A stretch of 64,000 bases of DNA from Alphaproteobacteria bacterium (GCA_030425805.1 JAUHZC010000003.1:701-64700), one strand, 5' to 3'; counted from the first letter of the stretch, positions 50,644-61,519 are shown. A program made the numbers and translations. The notes: generated by a model not told the origin, from the sequence alone.

Positions 50644-51279
50644 ATGAGGCTTAAGTTTAATATAGAAAAGGAATTTATAGTTCAATTCCAAAAATATTCG
50701 ACTTTGGAGGTTGTCTATAAAGGTGAGCAGGGTACTGGAAGGTGCGTTATCACTCTCCCAGGCAGCGAAAGGATCTGCGATGCTTGCTCACACTCTCTTC
50801 TTAAAACGGTTGGAGAAATAAGCGAAATCACCTTCGAAAGCACTGCTCTTCAAAATTTTGAAGAAAAGCATAAAATCTACTTTGAGGCTCTCAGTCTCGG
50901 AGATATGGATGTTTTGCATGAAAATCCAGAGATTCTTGATAATTATGCAAGTCTACAACTTGATTGCTGGAAATCTTTTCTGTCTTCTCTTTATAAATTT
51001 ATCGAGAATTATTGGCCCAATCAGAAAAAAAGAGGCTGGGTCATTACATCTTCTGAGATGGATATCCTCTTTTTAAAGAATGCTTCCCCTCTTCTGTGTG
51101 GAGATCAATTCACTTATATTGATAAAAAGAAGAAAGAGGTTTTTGTCTCTGTCGTCGTAAATACGCAAAAAACAGATCCAAAAGTCGTTAACATTTCTTA
51201 TCCAACGCTGGAAGAGCGTCAGAAATTTGTTCCAAATTCCAAGGTCATTATGCCGAATGGGGCTATAAAGCCCCTTTAA
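50644..51279 (+). CDS. hypothetical protein
   Basis: 211-aa ORF with no recognisable domain, flanked by AT-rich intergenic DNA. Coding status supported only by its length. Confidence 0.35.
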   Translation: MRLKFNIEKEFIVQFQKYSTLEVVYKGEQGTGRCVITLPGSERICDACSHSLLKTVGEISEITFESTALQNFEEKHKIYFEALSLGDMDVLHENPEILDNYASLQLDCWKSFLSSLYKFIENYWPNQKKRGWVITSSEMDILFLKNASPLLCGDQFTYIDKKKKEVFVSVVVNTQKTDPKVVNISYPTLEERQKFVPNSKVIMPNGAIKPL

Positions 51280-52163
51280 AGAACTTTTTCTGTTCCGTCA
51301 TTCACAATAGAAAGGAAACGGTCTAATTCTTCAAAAGAATTAAACTGAATTTCGATCTTCCCCCCTTTACCCTCTGATTTTAGGCCAACCGGGAGATTGA
51401 GTTGCTCAGAAAGCGTTTGAGCAATTTGCCCTAACTCTCCCTGAGGAAGTTCATCAGATCGTGATGAAGTCTGCGCTCTTGTCTTTGATTTTTGCTTTTC
51501 AGGATTTTGGCAAAGGGCTTCTGTTTGCCGCACATTCAATCCCTGACGAATCACAGTCTTTGCTGCTTCTTCAGGATGAGGATGTCCAAGAAGGGCCCGG
51601 GCATGCCCCGCAGAGAGTTTTCCCTCTCTCACAAAGATTTTCAAAGCTTCTGGCAAATTCTGAAGACGAAGAAGGTTTGCGATATGGCTACGGCTTTTCC
51701 CAAGAATTTTTGAAAGTGTTTCTTGGGTATAAGAAAACTCTTCCATCAATCGCTGATACCCCAAAGATTCTTCCATAGGATCAAGATCTTCACGCTGGAT
51801 ATTTTCCAACAAAGCCATCTCAAGGCTTTGTTTGTCATCTAAATCTTTGATAACGATTGGAACTGTTTCAAGCTGTGCGAGCTTTGAAGCCCGCCATCGA
51901 CGCTCCCCAGCTATAATTTCATATCGATCCCCAAGTTCTCGCACGACTATGGGCTGAATAACCCCATTTTCTTTGATAGAATCTGCAAGCTCTTGCAAAG
52001 CTGTTGGAGCTATGGTTTTTCGTGGCTGATATTTTCCAGGAATCAACCGATCGAGGCTTACCTCTTTCAATTGGTCTTTTTCCTGGGGAAGATCAGGTCC
52101 CAAAAGGGCTGAAATTCCTTGTCCCAAGGGTTTTTTCTTAAGCGACCTGACTGTGGTGACCAT
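51276..52163 (-). CDS. parB: chromosome partitioning protein ParB
   Basis: 'IAGERRWRAS' ParB box and an HTH region. Downstream of parA. Confidence 0.9.
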   Translation of the reverse strand: MVTTVRSLKKKPLGQGISALLGPDLPQEKDQLKEVSLDRLIPGKYQPRKTIAPTALQELADSIKENGVIQPIVVRELGDRYEIIAGERRWRASKLAQLETVPIVIKDLDDKQSLEMALLENIQREDLDPMEESLGYQRLMEEFSYTQETLSKILGKSRSHIANLLRLQNLPEALKIFVREGKLSAGHARALLGHPHPEEAAKTVIRQGLNVRQTEALCQNPEKQKSKTRAQTSSRSDELPQGELGQIAQTLSEQLNLPVGLKSEGKGGKIEIQFNSFEELDRFLSIVNDGTEKVL

Positions 52164-52917
52164 GTGACATACCTCTTATTTTGTGAAGAATCTCTTTCGC
52201 CAGGCGAATATAAGCCATGGATCCATGGGATTTTACATCATAAACCATCACGGGCAAACCATGGGAAGGAGCTTCTGAAACCCTTGTACTCCGAGGGATT
52301 TTTGAGTCAAAAAGATGCTCTGGAAAATAGGAACGAACTTCTTCTTCAACATGCTGTGCAAGGGCATTGCGGCTATCATACATGGTGAGAATGATCCCCA
52401 GAATCTCAAGATCTGGGTTATAGTTGTTGTGAATCCGCCGGAAAGTTCGCAGAAGCTGCGTCATTCCCTCTAGAGCAAAAAACTCAGCTTGGAGAGGAAT
52501 TAAAATATATTGGGAGGCAATGAGAGCATTAATTGTCAAAAATCCAAGTGAAGGAGGACAATCAAAAATCACAAAGTCAAAATCATGCCCATTTAAAATC
52601 TTTTTCAAGACATACAACCCCTCATCTACGTGAGGAAGCTCCACTTCAGAAGCTGAGAGATCCTGGGTTGAGGGCAAAACATACAAATTCGGAACTGAAG
52701 TTGAAACAACAGATTCTGAGAGTGTTTGCTCTCCTGTGATGACCTGATAAACACCTCCTCGGCGTTCTGAGGCAGAAATACCAAGGCCTGTACTTGCATT
52801 TCCCTGGGGGTCTAAGTCAATCAACAAGACACGCTTATTGATCGCCGCCATTGCGGTCGCAAGATTAATTGCTGTTGTCGTCTTTCCAACGCCACCCTTT
52901 TGGTTGGCAATCGTCAT
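52138..52917 (-). CDS. parA: chromosome partitioning ATPase ParA
   Basis: Deviant Walker A 'ANQKGGVGKTTTAINLA'. The start is taken at the internal ATG (MTIANQKGG), which avoids an overlap with rsmG. Confidence 0.9.
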   Translation of the reverse strand: MTIANQKGGVGKTTTAINLATAMAAINKRVLLIDLDPQGNASTGLGISASERRGGVYQVITGEQTLSESVVSTSVPNLYVLPSTQDLSASEVELPHVDEGLYVLKKILNGHDFDFVIFDCPPSLGFLTINALIASQYILIPLQAEFFALEGMTQLLRTFRRIHNNYNPDLEILGIILTMYDSRNALAQHVEEEVRSYFPEHLFDSKIPRSTRVSEAPSHGLPVMVYDVKSHGSMAYIRLAKEILHKIRGMSHGHHSQVA

Positions 52918-52922
52918 TACTG

Positions 52923-53552
52923 TCACGTAGCTTGCTCCCCGGGTTTCAAATTCCACACCTTTATTATAGTCGTATGAAAAAGAGAAGAAAGAGAAGACTT
53001 CTCATAAGAAAAAGAAAATTTCTCTTGGGCTTGCTGAACCTCTTCATCCACGCGGCTTCCCTTGAGAAAAAAACCTGTCATGGTATCTTTCCACTGAGGC
53101 TTTAAAAAATCAAAAATTGTCTCCAGTGATGCAAACCCACGAGCTGTAAACTGGGCATTCTCTGGGTAGGACACTGTTTCAACACGCTGATTGATAACAT
53201 GAACATTGCAAAGGTTAAGGCTCCGAATCACCATTTCAAGGAAATCACATTTTTTCTGGGTTCTTTCCACGAGATAAACATTCTCAAGCCCCAAAATTCC
53301 TAGGATAAGCCCTGGAAATCCAGCACCTGAGCCTAAATCATAAGTGGGTCGTGTAGGATCTAACTCTGCAATCAATGGCACACAATTAAGAATATGGCGC
53401 TCCCACAGAGCATCAAGATCCTTCAAGGACACCAGATTATATACAGTTGCCCACTTTCTCAAAAGTTTTTCAAAAGCCTCCAGATCATCCAAGACATGGG
53501 ATGTGTCTCGGATGGCGTAGGATTTCAGAAGCTTTTCGTATTTCCTATCCAT
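52923..53552 (-). CDS. rsmG: 16S rRNA (guanine527-N7)-methyltransferase RsmG (GidB)
   Basis: SAM-binding '[15 protein letters not shown]'. Classic position upstream of parAB. Confidence 0.85.
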   Translation of the reverse strand: MDRKYEKLLKSYAIRDTSHVLDDLEAFEKLLRKWATVYNLVSLKDLDALWERHILNCVPLIAELDPTRPTYDLGSGAGFPGLILGILGLENVYLVERTQKKCDFLEMVIRSLNLCNVHVINQRVETVSYPENAQFTARGFASLETIFDFLKPQWKDTMTGFFLKGSRVDEEVQQAQEKFSFSYEKSSLSSLFHTTIIKVWNLKPGEQAT

Positions 53553-54804
53553 TCATGGAATCAAAGAAATCATCGTTTGATTTTGTGAACTTAATCTTAT
53601 CCAATAGGAATTCCATTCCATCAGCAGGACCCATAGGATCCAAAATCCGACGGAGGACCCACATCCGAGAAAGCCTCTCTTTTCCAACGAGAAGCTCATC
53701 CTTACGGGTTCCAGAGCGTGTAATATCAATGGCAGGGAAGATGCGCTTATCAGAAAGCTTACGGTCCAGAACAATTTCAGAGTTACCTGTTCCCTTGAAC
53801 TCTTCGAAAATCACCTCATCCATACGGGAACCTGTTTCGATCAAGGCTGTTCCGATGATGGTCAAAGACCCCCCCTCTTCCACATTTCGGGCTGCACCAA
53901 AAAGACGTTTTGGACGCTGAAGGGCATGGGCATCAACACCTCCTGTAAGAACCTTTCCAGAGGAAGGAACACAGGTGTTATAGGCACGGGCTAAACGGGT
54001 GATAGAATCAAGGAGGATGACAACATCCTTTTTATGCTCAACAAGACGCTTTGCCTTTTCAATCACCATTTCAGAAACCTGAACATGTCGGCTTGCAGGC
54101 TCATCAAAGGTTGAGGAAATGACTTCTCCCTTAACGGAGCGAATCATGTCTGTCACTTCTTCTGGACGTTCATCCACAAGTAAAATAATCAAATGGACTT
54201 CAGGGTGATTCTTCTCAATAGCCTTTGCGAGCTCCTGAAGCATCACTGTTTTTCCTGTCCGAGGCGGCGCTGTCAAAAGAGCCCGTTGACCTTTTCCAAG
54301 AGGAGCGACCATATCAATGACCCGTGTCACTGCATGAGGATTGTCTCCCTCAGGCTCAATCTCCAGCTTTAGCTGATCTTGTGCAAAAAGCGGTGTCAGG
54401 TTATCAAAATTCAAACGATGACGGCTTTTTTCAGGCTCTTCAAAGTTAATTCTTGTGACACTTGTGAGTGTAAAGTAGCGCTCTCCCTCTTTCGGAGCAC
54501 GCATCTCTCCCTCGACGGTATCTCCTGTGCGAAGGCTATACTTGCGCACAATTTTAGGAGAAACATAAATATCGTCCGCACCTGGAAGATAGTTTGCACC
54601 CGCAGAACGGAGAAAACCAAACTGATCTTGAAGAAGCTCAATCACTCCACCCCCATAAATGGGATCTCCGCGCTCAGCGTGGGTTTTTAAGATTTCCACA
54701 ATCATATCTTGCTTGCGCAAATTGGAGGATTCTTCAATATTAAGAGACTCGGCTAGAGCCAAGAGCTCCGTCGGGCTTTTCGCCTTAAGATCTTGTATGT
54801 TCAT
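53545..54804 (-). CDS. rho: transcription termination factor Rho
   Basis: N-terminal '[24 protein letters not shown]'; CSD RNA-binding region; Walker A '[12 protein letters not shown]'; 419 aa. Confidence 0.9.
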   Translation of the reverse strand: MNIQDLKAKSPTELLALAESLNIEESSNLRKQDMIVEILKTHAERGDPIYGGGVIELLQDQFGFLRSAGANYLPGADDIYVSPKIVRKYSLRTGDTVEGEMRAPKEGERYFTLTSVTRINFEEPEKSRHRLNFDNLTPLFAQDQLKLEIEPEGDNPHAVTRVIDMVAPLGKGQRALLTAPPRTGKTVMLQELAKAIEKNHPEVHLIILLVDERPEEVTDMIRSVKGEVISSTFDEPASRHVQVSEMVIEKAKRLVEHKKDVVILLDSITRLARAYNTCVPSSGKVLTGGVDAHALQRPKRLFGAARNVEEGGSLTIIGTALIETGSRMDEVIFEEFKGTGNSEIVLDRKLSDKRIFPAIDITRSGTRKDELLVGKERLSRMWVLRRILDPMGPADGMEFLLDKIKFTKSNDDFFDSMNG

Positions 54805-54923
54805 ATATGTCTATCGGAAAGTTAAAATGTATCAAGGACTGATGTGGTATGTTATACCCAGTTTTTCTTTTTTGACAAGAAAAATCTCAGCATCAAAAGT
54901 TCTGGAAGCCTTTCCCTTCACTA

Positions 54924-55487
54924 TTAATATCGATATTGAGGGCCTTGAGGCCTTATGCAACACATAAAGCACCCCAACCCGCAAGTGGCAAGACAAGCGC
55001 CGCAATTTCCAAAGACAAACTCCGTTGCTGTGTGGCCCGTAGTGAGGTGAAGTAAGGTCTCTACTCCTGGGTATATAAACCCGACCATTGCATTAATATC
55101 ACCTGGAGAGAAACCTTCCTCAAAGCTGCCAGATGCTGCCCTAATGGCCTGAACAATAACAAAAGCTGCAGTTAACGCCCCCATGGCTTTCCCATATCCC
55201 TCACAACATGAGGTCAGCCGTCTTGCGACTGCCTGCTCTGCAGGAGAAAGACCTCCTCCTCCTGGAGCAGGGTGTCCTGCTGGAGTGGGAACTCTTGCTG
55301 AAGAAGAGGAGGCCCTTCCAGGTGGCTGTTGTCCTCCAGTAGCAGGGGTTACGACACCAGCTAGATATCCTTCTGCATAAATTGGTGTCTGTTTTCCATC
55401 GCCCCCTGTTCCAGTAGCAGAAAAGGAATTTGTAACTCCTAAAACTATCATTAAAAAAAACATGTGTATTATCTTATGGAGGCTCAT
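54924..55487 (-). CDS. hypothetical exported Gly/Pro-rich, Cys-rich small protein
   Basis: Signal peptide (MSLHKIIHMFFLMIVLGVTNSFSA); low-complexity 'TGTGGDGK...PPGRASSSSARVPTPAGHPAPGGGG'; 'SCCEGYGKAMGALTAA'; C-terminal 'GNCGACLATCGLGCFMCCIR' Cys cluster. Confidence 0.45.
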   Translation of the reverse strand: MSLHKIIHMFFLMIVLGVTNSFSATGTGGDGKQTPIYAEGYLAGVVTPATGGQQPPGRASSSSARVPTPAGHPAPGGGGLSPAEQAVARRLTSCCEGYGKAMGALTAAFVIVQAIRAASGSFEEGFSPGDINAMVGFIYPGVETLLHLTTGHTATEFVFGNCGACLATCGLGCFMCCIRPQGPQYRY

Positions 55488-55634
55488 TTTTTCCCTGCGT
55501 TAAAACTTTTAATTAAAAACTGGCACACCTAAACATGAACTTCAATACCTGATAAGGTTTTGACAACACCAAAATGTGATTTCTGCTACATTGTGGTCCC
55601 GCTGTGAACACAAAGCTTGTGAGGATAGTTAAAA

Positions 55635-56102
55635 ATGATAAAAAACACCCCATACCCAAGAGTTGGAGTAGCTGTCTTGATTCTCAATGACCAAGGGCAG
55701 ATCCTTGTTGGGAAACGTAAAAATTCACATGGAGCCTCAAGTTGGGCCCCTCCCGGCGGTCACCTGGAATTTTCAGAAACTTTTGAAGCTTGCGCAGTGC
55801 GGGAAACCTTAGAAGAAACAGGATTGAAAATAGAAGATCCACTTTTTTTGGGCATTACAAATGATAAATTCCCAGAGGAAAACAAACACTTTGTCACCGT
55901 GTTTATGAAAGCAGAATTACAAAACAAGCAAGCACCTAAATGTATGGAACCCCATAAATGTGAGGGATGGCAATGGTTTACCCAAGATAAATTGCCAGAA
56001 ATTTTATTTACTCCTTTTAAAAAATTTATCCAAGGAAAAGTCTATACTTCCTCTCCATTTTTGTATTCCTTTGAAAGGCACCAAAAAACCTATTTCTTTT
56101 AA
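55635..56102 (+). CDS. NUDIX hydrolase
   Basis: Nudix box 'GGHLEFSETFEACAVRETLEETGL'. Confidence 0.7.
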   Translation: MIKNTPYPRVGVAVLILNDQGQILVGKRKNSHGASSWAPPGGHLEFSETFEACAVRETLEETGLKIEDPLFLGITNDKFPEENKHFVTVFMKAELQNKQAPKCMEPHKCEGWQWFTQDKLPEILFTPFKKFIQGKVYTSSPFLYSFERHQKTYFF

Positions 56103-56170
56103 TCAAAATATTTACGAATATTTTATAAACATATGTTTTAATATAAATCTAATTATAGAAGTATTTTTTA

Positions 56171-57751
56171 ATGTTACAGGGACTCTCAAAGTTTATTCTT
56201 TTTGTTTTCTTCTTTTTGGGAAGTGTAGATGCTGAAGCACTCTCTTCAGAAGCCGAGGCTGTTAAAACAACCCTTTCTGAAAAATTCTCAACATCAGGTC
56301 AAATCCGAAAATTCTACGAAAAACGATCCTTTAAGCCAGTTTGGTTTGTTGAAGAACGTCCTTCCGTCGCCCTTGAGAATGCTGTTAACACCCTGAAAAA
56401 AAGCCGTGAAGAAGGTTTAGAGCCTGAAGATTATGATACAGGAATCAAAGCTGCTGAAGACGAAGGAATGCCATGGTCAGAGAGAGAAATCCAGCTCTCG
56501 AAAAGTGTGGCAGACTACCTAAAAGACTTAACTCAGGGACATATGTCTGCAGATGAGGGAAAGAAGTGGCATAACTACGGTGGGGTCCTTGATAAAAGAG
56601 CCTCTCCCTCAGAAATTCTCCAAACGCAACTCCTGAGCGACCCCACAGGGGCTTGGCTCTTAACTTATACGGTTGATGACCATATCTACCAAAAATTTAA
56701 GGAGGAGCTTGCTTACCAACGCATCCTAGAGCGCCAAGAAGAATGGCCTCAAGAAAAAATAACAAAGATTCTGCGCAAAGGCACCAAGGATAGGGAAGTC
56801 ATCCTGCTTCGAAAACTCCTTAAGCTTCATGGTGTTATCGGTGAAGACCTCCCCATTGAAGCCACTCCAGACACCTATGACACCTACATCGTTGCAGCTG
56901 TGGGAACATTTCAGGAAAAAATGGGGATCAAAAGCGATGGATTTGTGGGAGAACGCACCCGCCAAATCCTAAATATGTCCCCTTCGGAACGAATTAATAA
57001 GCTTAAGATTTCTATGGAGCGGTGGCGGTGGCTTCCTGAAGATTTGGGGGATCAGTATGTGATGGTCAATATTCCCTGGTTTGAGCTTTTGATGGTGAAG
57101 AACGATGAAATTATGGATCGGATGCGGATTATTGTAGGTCGTGATGGTCGGGAAACCCCGGTTTTCTCAACACAAATCCGAGGGATCCGATATAACCCCT
57201 CTTGGACTGTGCCCCGTTCCATTGCAACACGGGACAAGCTTAAAATCCTCAAAAAAGACCCACACATTCTAGAAAATCGTCATTACCGTCTTTATTCAGC
57301 TTCAGGTGAGCCTTTAGCAATGGATCAGATCAACTGGGGACAGGTCACCCGGGCAACGTTTAATTATCGCCTTAAACAACTTCCTGGCGATCATAATGCC
57401 CTGGGACGGGTTCGCCTTTTGATGCATAACCCCTACTCTGTTTACCTTCACGGAACAGATGCTGGAAGCCAGAAGCTCTTTAGCTATGACGAGAGAGATC
57501 ATTCCTCAGGGTGCATTCGCGTTGAAGATCCGGTGAGACTTGCCACATTCTTACATGATGATCCAGGAAAATGGTCTCAACCTATTGTTGAGGAAGTGAT
57601 AGAAGTCAACAAAACACGAAATGTTAAACTCGAAAAAAGAGTCCAAGCGCATATTGTTTATTTTACAGCATGGCCTATAAACGGTGTTGTTCAATTCCGT
57701 CCAGACATTTATGAAATGGACAAGCGCCTCATGAAAGCCCTCAGGGGATAG
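56171..57751 (+). CDS. L,D-transpeptidase (YcbB/LdtD-like) with peptidoglycan-binding domain
   Basis: Signal peptide; PG_binding_1-like 'LLRKLLKLHGVIGED...AAVGTFQEKMGIKSDGFVGERT'; YkuD catalytic 'HGTDAGSQ...SSGCIRV'. Confidence 0.8.
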   Translation: MLQGLSKFILFVFFFLGSVDAEALSSEAEAVKTTLSEKFSTSGQIRKFYEKRSFKPVWFVEERPSVALENAVNTLKKSREEGLEPEDYDTGIKAAEDEGMPWSEREIQLSKSVADYLKDLTQGHMSADEGKKWHNYGGVLDKRASPSEILQTQLLSDPTGAWLLTYTVDDHIYQKFKEELAYQRILERQEEWPQEKITKILRKGTKDREVILLRKLLKLHGVIGEDLPIEATPDTYDTYIVAAVGTFQEKMGIKSDGFVGERTRQILNMSPSERINKLKISMERWRWLPEDLGDQYVMVNIPWFELLMVKNDEIMDRMRIIVGRDGRETPVFSTQIRGIRYNPSWTVPRSIATRDKLKILKKDPHILENRHYRLYSASGEPLAMDQINWGQVTRATFNYRLKQLPGDHNALGRVRLLMHNPYSVYLHGTDAGSQKLFSYDERDHSSGCIRVEDPVRLATFLHDDPGKWSQPIVEEVIEVNKTRNVKLEKRVQAHIVYFTAWPINGVVQFRPDIYEMDKRLMKALRG

Positions 57752-57872
57752 TGTTTCCTTTTTACAACGGCTGAAGAGCTCTATAGCTTTATTTCATAGC
57801 TTTTTGAAGGCTCCCTTGAGATTTAGGGGAGAGCTTTTTATATGTAGAAGATCGATCTAATGAGCTCCCCCT

Positions 57873-59060
57873 ATGTCAATGCGTACGCGATTTACAATCA
57901 TACTTTCCTTTGTCTTTGCAGCAGCCTGCATCGAGACGGATATCTATCTCCCCGCTTTCCCAGACATGATGGATTTCTTTGGCACAACAGAAGAAGTTAT
58001 TCAAAGCCTCCTCACCTGGAACTTCTTTGCTTTGTGTCTTTCAAGCGTGCTCTATGGGCCTGCTTCTGATGCTTATGGGCGAAAACCCTTTTTGATTGGA
58101 GCTTTATCTATTTTCTTAGTCGGTAGCCTTATTACTGTTTTCTCAGATGATTTTGGCTATGTCCTCCTCGGCCGGGTTTTCCAGGGCCTTGGAAGTGGGG
58201 GGTGTTTTACATTGGGTTCTGCCATGATTTTTGACAGTCTTAATGAAGAAGACTCGGCTATTGTCCTCAACAGACTTAACACACTTGTTCCCCTTGCTAT
58301 GGGTGGTGCACCTCTTGTCGGCGCCTACCTGAACCAAGCCTACGGTTTTCGTGCTAATTTTGAAGCGATTGCCATTACTGTTGCACTCAGCCTTGTTATT
58401 TGTGCTTTCGGTTTTGAAGAACCTCTCTCTGAAGAGAAGCGACGCCCTCTCAACAAGGATAACCTTAAGCATGACTTTAAAGCCCTGTTGACCTCTTTTC
58501 CATTTTGGCAGATCTGTTTATTCATTGGCCTTGTTTTTGCAGCCTTTATGAGCTTTCTTGCGGGAATTACTCTTCTGTTTATCTGTGAGTTTGGTGTTCC
58601 CAAAACACTCTATCCCTTTTATCAGGGGTCTCTTCTGCTAGCCTATGTCATCGCAAGCTTGACCTGCTCTCCCCTCATTGAACGTATTGGTATGACGAAA
58701 GTTCGGGATTTAGGAGCCATTCTCTCTTTCAGTGGGGCGATTTTTCTGTCTATCGCCATCATTTTCACCCCCAGAAACCCTGAGTTGTTAACGCTCAGCA
58801 TGATCCCCTTTACCTTTGGGATGATGTATTCCATGACGCCGTCTTTCGCGACCTTGATGAATTTATTTCCAGAGATCAAGGGTCTGAATGCAAGCCTTTT
58901 AACAAGCTTTCGCCTTCTCATCACAGCAGCCGTAGTGGATATCTCAAGCCGCCTCTATGATGGAACAATCTACCCCGTCGCGCTAACAGCGATTGCCGCT
59001 ATTTTGCTCGGAACCCTAGCCTATGCTGGGTTTGCCTTTGGGAAGGGTAAAGAAGTTTAA
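57873..59060 (+). CDS. MFS transporter (Bcr/CflA drug-resistance type)
   Basis: 12 predicted TM helices; 'GPASDAYGRKPFL' MFS motif A. Confidence 0.8.
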   Translation: MSMRTRFTIILSFVFAAACIETDIYLPAFPDMMDFFGTTEEVIQSLLTWNFFALCLSSVLYGPASDAYGRKPFLIGALSIFLVGSLITVFSDDFGYVLLGRVFQGLGSGGCFTLGSAMIFDSLNEEDSAIVLNRLNTLVPLAMGGAPLVGAYLNQAYGFRANFEAIAITVALSLVICAFGFEEPLSEEKRRPLNKDNLKHDFKALLTSFPFWQICLFIGLVFAAFMSFLAGITLLFICEFGVPKTLYPFYQGSLLLAYVIASLTCSPLIERIGMTKVRDLGAILSFSGAIFLSIAIIFTPRNPELLTLSMIPFTFGMMYSMTPSFATLMNLFPEIKGLNASLLTSFRLLITAAVVDISSRLYDGTIYPVALTAIAAILLGTLAYAGFAFGKGKEV

Positions 59061-59074
59061 GCAGGGGCTAACAC

Positions 59075-59980
59075 CTAAAAAAACTCTGTTTCTGGTTGGT
59101 CTGAGGGAAGAAGCCGTCGGATAGCCTTCTCGAGTTTTTTCAGAGCTTGAACCTCAAGCTGGCGCACCCGCTCCCGGGAAAGGTTTAATTCAGCCCCAAG
59201 AGTATCAAGAGTATCTGGCTTCTCTTTCATTTTCCGACGACGGACAATTGTTTGTTCACGGGGCTTTAAGCTTGTCAAAGCCTCTTCCAAAAGAGCTATT
59301 TTTTTAAAAGATCGGTCTTGTCGAATAACGACATCTTCTGGATTTTCTGCCCCATCAGGGATGAAATCCATAAGTTCACCGTCATCATCTTCATTAGACG
59401 TGCTGAGATTTAAGGAAATATCTCCCCCCATGAGACGTTGTTCCATCTCTTTCACAGACTTCTTACTGACAGAAAGAACCTTGGAGACATGTGCTGTTTG
59501 ATCTTCTGTCAAACTGGTTCCAATCTCTTCTGGAGCCATGTCTTTTTTCATCCGTCGCAAGGAGAAAAAAAGCTTCTTCTGATCACGATTTGTTCCCATT
59601 TTGACCATAGACCAATTACGGAGAATATAGTCTTTCATTTGAGCCTGAATCCACCACACAGCATATGTGGCAAACCGAACCTCTTTACTCTGGTCAAATC
59701 GGCGCAAGGCCTCCATCAACCCCAGACTTCCCTCAGAAACCAAGTCCTGCATAGGCAGGCCATACCCCCGATACCCAGACGCAATCTTAGCCACAAGGCG
59801 AAAGTGAGACTGAATTAGCTTATCTGCGGCTTTCATATCATTAGTCTCGTGCCACCTAGAAATAAGACTTTTTTCTTCCTCAGGTTCAAGCACGGGATAT
59901 CGATTGGCCCGCGTTATCATCTTGTGAAGCGGATCCCTATCCTCGACTGCATTATATTGCCCATGGGAGCTGTAGTACAT
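59075..59980 (-). CDS. rpoH: RNA polymerase sigma-32 factor RpoH
   Basis: Sigma-70 regions 2 and 4 plus the 'DQKKLFFSLRRMK' RpoH box. Confidence 0.9.
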   Translation of the reverse strand: MYYSSHGQYNAVEDRDPLHKMITRANRYPVLEPEEEKSLISRWHETNDMKAADKLIQSHFRLVAKIASGYRGYGLPMQDLVSEGSLGLMEALRRFDQSKEVRFATYAVWWIQAQMKDYILRNWSMVKMGTNRDQKKLFFSLRRMKKDMAPEEIGTSLTEDQTAHVSKVLSVSKKSVKEMEQRLMGGDISLNLSTSNEDDDGELMDFIPDGAENPEDVVIRQDRSFKKIALLEEALTSLKPREQTIVRRRKMKEKPDTLDTLGAELNLSRERVRQLEVQALKKLEKAIRRLLPSDQPETEFF

Positions 59981-60051
59981 GTAATCCCCTGCAAATCGCT
60001 ATTTTTATGTTATCAAAAAATGGTGATTAAAAGGTTTACACTAAAATTTTG

Positions 60052-61032
60052 TCAAACTCCAGAATAATCTTTCCTCAATAATGACAATACTTTTAAAAAG
60101 TTTTCTGGCAAATCTTGTGTGAAAGATAGCTCTTCTTCTGTTTCTGGGTGCAGAAAAGAGAGCTTATAAGCATGAAGAAAGTGTTGCCCCAGGGTTGAAG
60201 CCGTATCTGCAAGCTGTTTAGCCTTGGGGCCTTGATAGATACTTCCATACAAATCATCCCCGATAACGCCATGATTCATGTTTGCTAAATGCGCCCGAAT
60301 CTGGTGGGTCCGCCCTGTTTTCAACTGGCACTCTACAAGGCTTGCAAGAGCTCCAAAAGACTCTAGAACCTTGTAGTAAGTAATAGCCTCTTTCCCTCCA
60401 GACCTCAAAACCCGCATCCGATGGCGATCACGGGGGTGGCGGTCCATGGGGCGGTTAATAATTCCCACAGGAGGAGAGGGCACACCCCAGACAAGAGCCT
60501 TATAGCAACGGCTCAAGCTTCTTTCCTGAAACTGGTCTTTCAAATACCGGTAAGCCGTTAGGGTTTTCGCAACAACCATAAGCCCTGAAGTATTCCGGTC
60601 CAAGCGGTGAACAATCCCTGGCCTTGTTGGGTTTCCTTCATTCACACCGCTAATTTCTTCGCCACAATGGTAAAGAAGGCCGTTGACGAGCGTACCTGTA
60701 TAATGCCCCGGCGCAGGGTGCACAACGAGACCCACAGGCTTGTTCAAAACGAGAACGGACTCATCTTCATAAACAACATCTAAATCCATGGGCTCTGGCT
60801 CTAGAGTTCCAGAACCAAGGGGCTCCGAGAGATCTGTTAAGGAGAGAACATCCCCTTCTTTTGTCTTATACTTTGGGGATGTTTCCACCTCTGCGTTGAC
60901 CAAAACCAGCCCTTGGGAAATTTTCTTGACTAAGAGGGAACGAGAAAAATCGGGAAACCCGGCAACCAGGGCTTTGTCAAGGCGTAACCCCACAAGATCA
61001 TCCGTAATTACAAATTCTGTCACCGTTTCCAT
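60052..61032 (-). CDS. rluD: 23S rRNA pseudouridine synthase RluD (RluA family)
   Basis: S4 domain N-terminus; catalytic 'HRLDRNTSGLMVVAKT'. Confidence 0.85.
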   Translation of the reverse strand: METVTEFVITDDLVGLRLDKALVAGFPDFSRSLLVKKISQGLVLVNAEVETSPKYKTKEGDVLSLTDLSEPLGSGTLEPEPMDLDVVYEDESVLVLNKPVGLVVHPAPGHYTGTLVNGLLYHCGEEISGVNEGNPTRPGIVHRLDRNTSGLMVVAKTLTAYRYLKDQFQERSLSRCYKALVWGVPSPPVGIINRPMDRHPRDRHRMRVLRSGGKEAITYYKVLESFGALASLVECQLKTGRTHQIRAHLANMNHGVIGDDLYGSIYQGPKAKQLADTASTLGQHFLHAYKLSFLHPETEEELSFTQDLPENFLKVLSLLRKDYSGV

Positions 61033-61063
61033 CCGCGATAAATGACAGAATTTGAAGCTTTTG

Positions 61064-61519
61064 TCAAAAAGGCTTAAAAAAGACGAGCCCTACGATGAGG
61101 AGGAGGAGGATGGTTGGAATTTCGTTGATCCACCGAAAAAAGACTTCTGAGTGGGTGTTTTCCCCGGAAACGAAGGCTTTATGCGTTTTAGAGAGAAACC
61201 CCTGAAACCCAGCAAGACCGAAGGCAAGAGTAAACTTAAGATGAAACCACCCTTCCCGCCAGGGCTCCCCCCCAAGAGAAACCGTCAGCAGGATGCCGAA
61301 CAAGAACGTTGCCATCATGGCAGGATTCATGATGACCTTGAGAAGTTTTTTCTCCATGGTGAGGAAGGTCTCATACCCCTTTTCTCCAGGAGAAAAACGG
61401 GTGTGATACACGAATAGCCGCGGTAGATAGAAAAGCCCCGCCATCCAAGCGACAAAACTCACCACATGGAGCCCCTTGAGGGTGAGATATACCGTTTCAT
61501 TTGCTAACCAATCAGCCAC
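61064..61519 (-). CDS. hemJ: protoporphyrinogen IX oxidase HemJ (CopD-like, UPF0093)
   Basis: 'YLTLKGLHVVSFVAWMAGLFYLPRLFVYH' matches the HemJ N-terminal helix. Membrane protein in a heme cluster. The start is placed at a GTG (V44 of the long ORF) because the annotated ATG lies ~135 nt inside hemH. Confidence 0.55.
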   Translation of the reverse strand: MADWLANETVYLTLKGLHVVSFVAWMAGLFYLPRLFVYHTRFSPGEKGYETFLTMEKKLLKVIMNPAMMATFLFGILLTVSLGGEPWREGWFHLKFTLAFGLAGFQGFLSKTHKAFVSGENTHSEVFFRWINEIPTILLLLIVGLVFFKPF

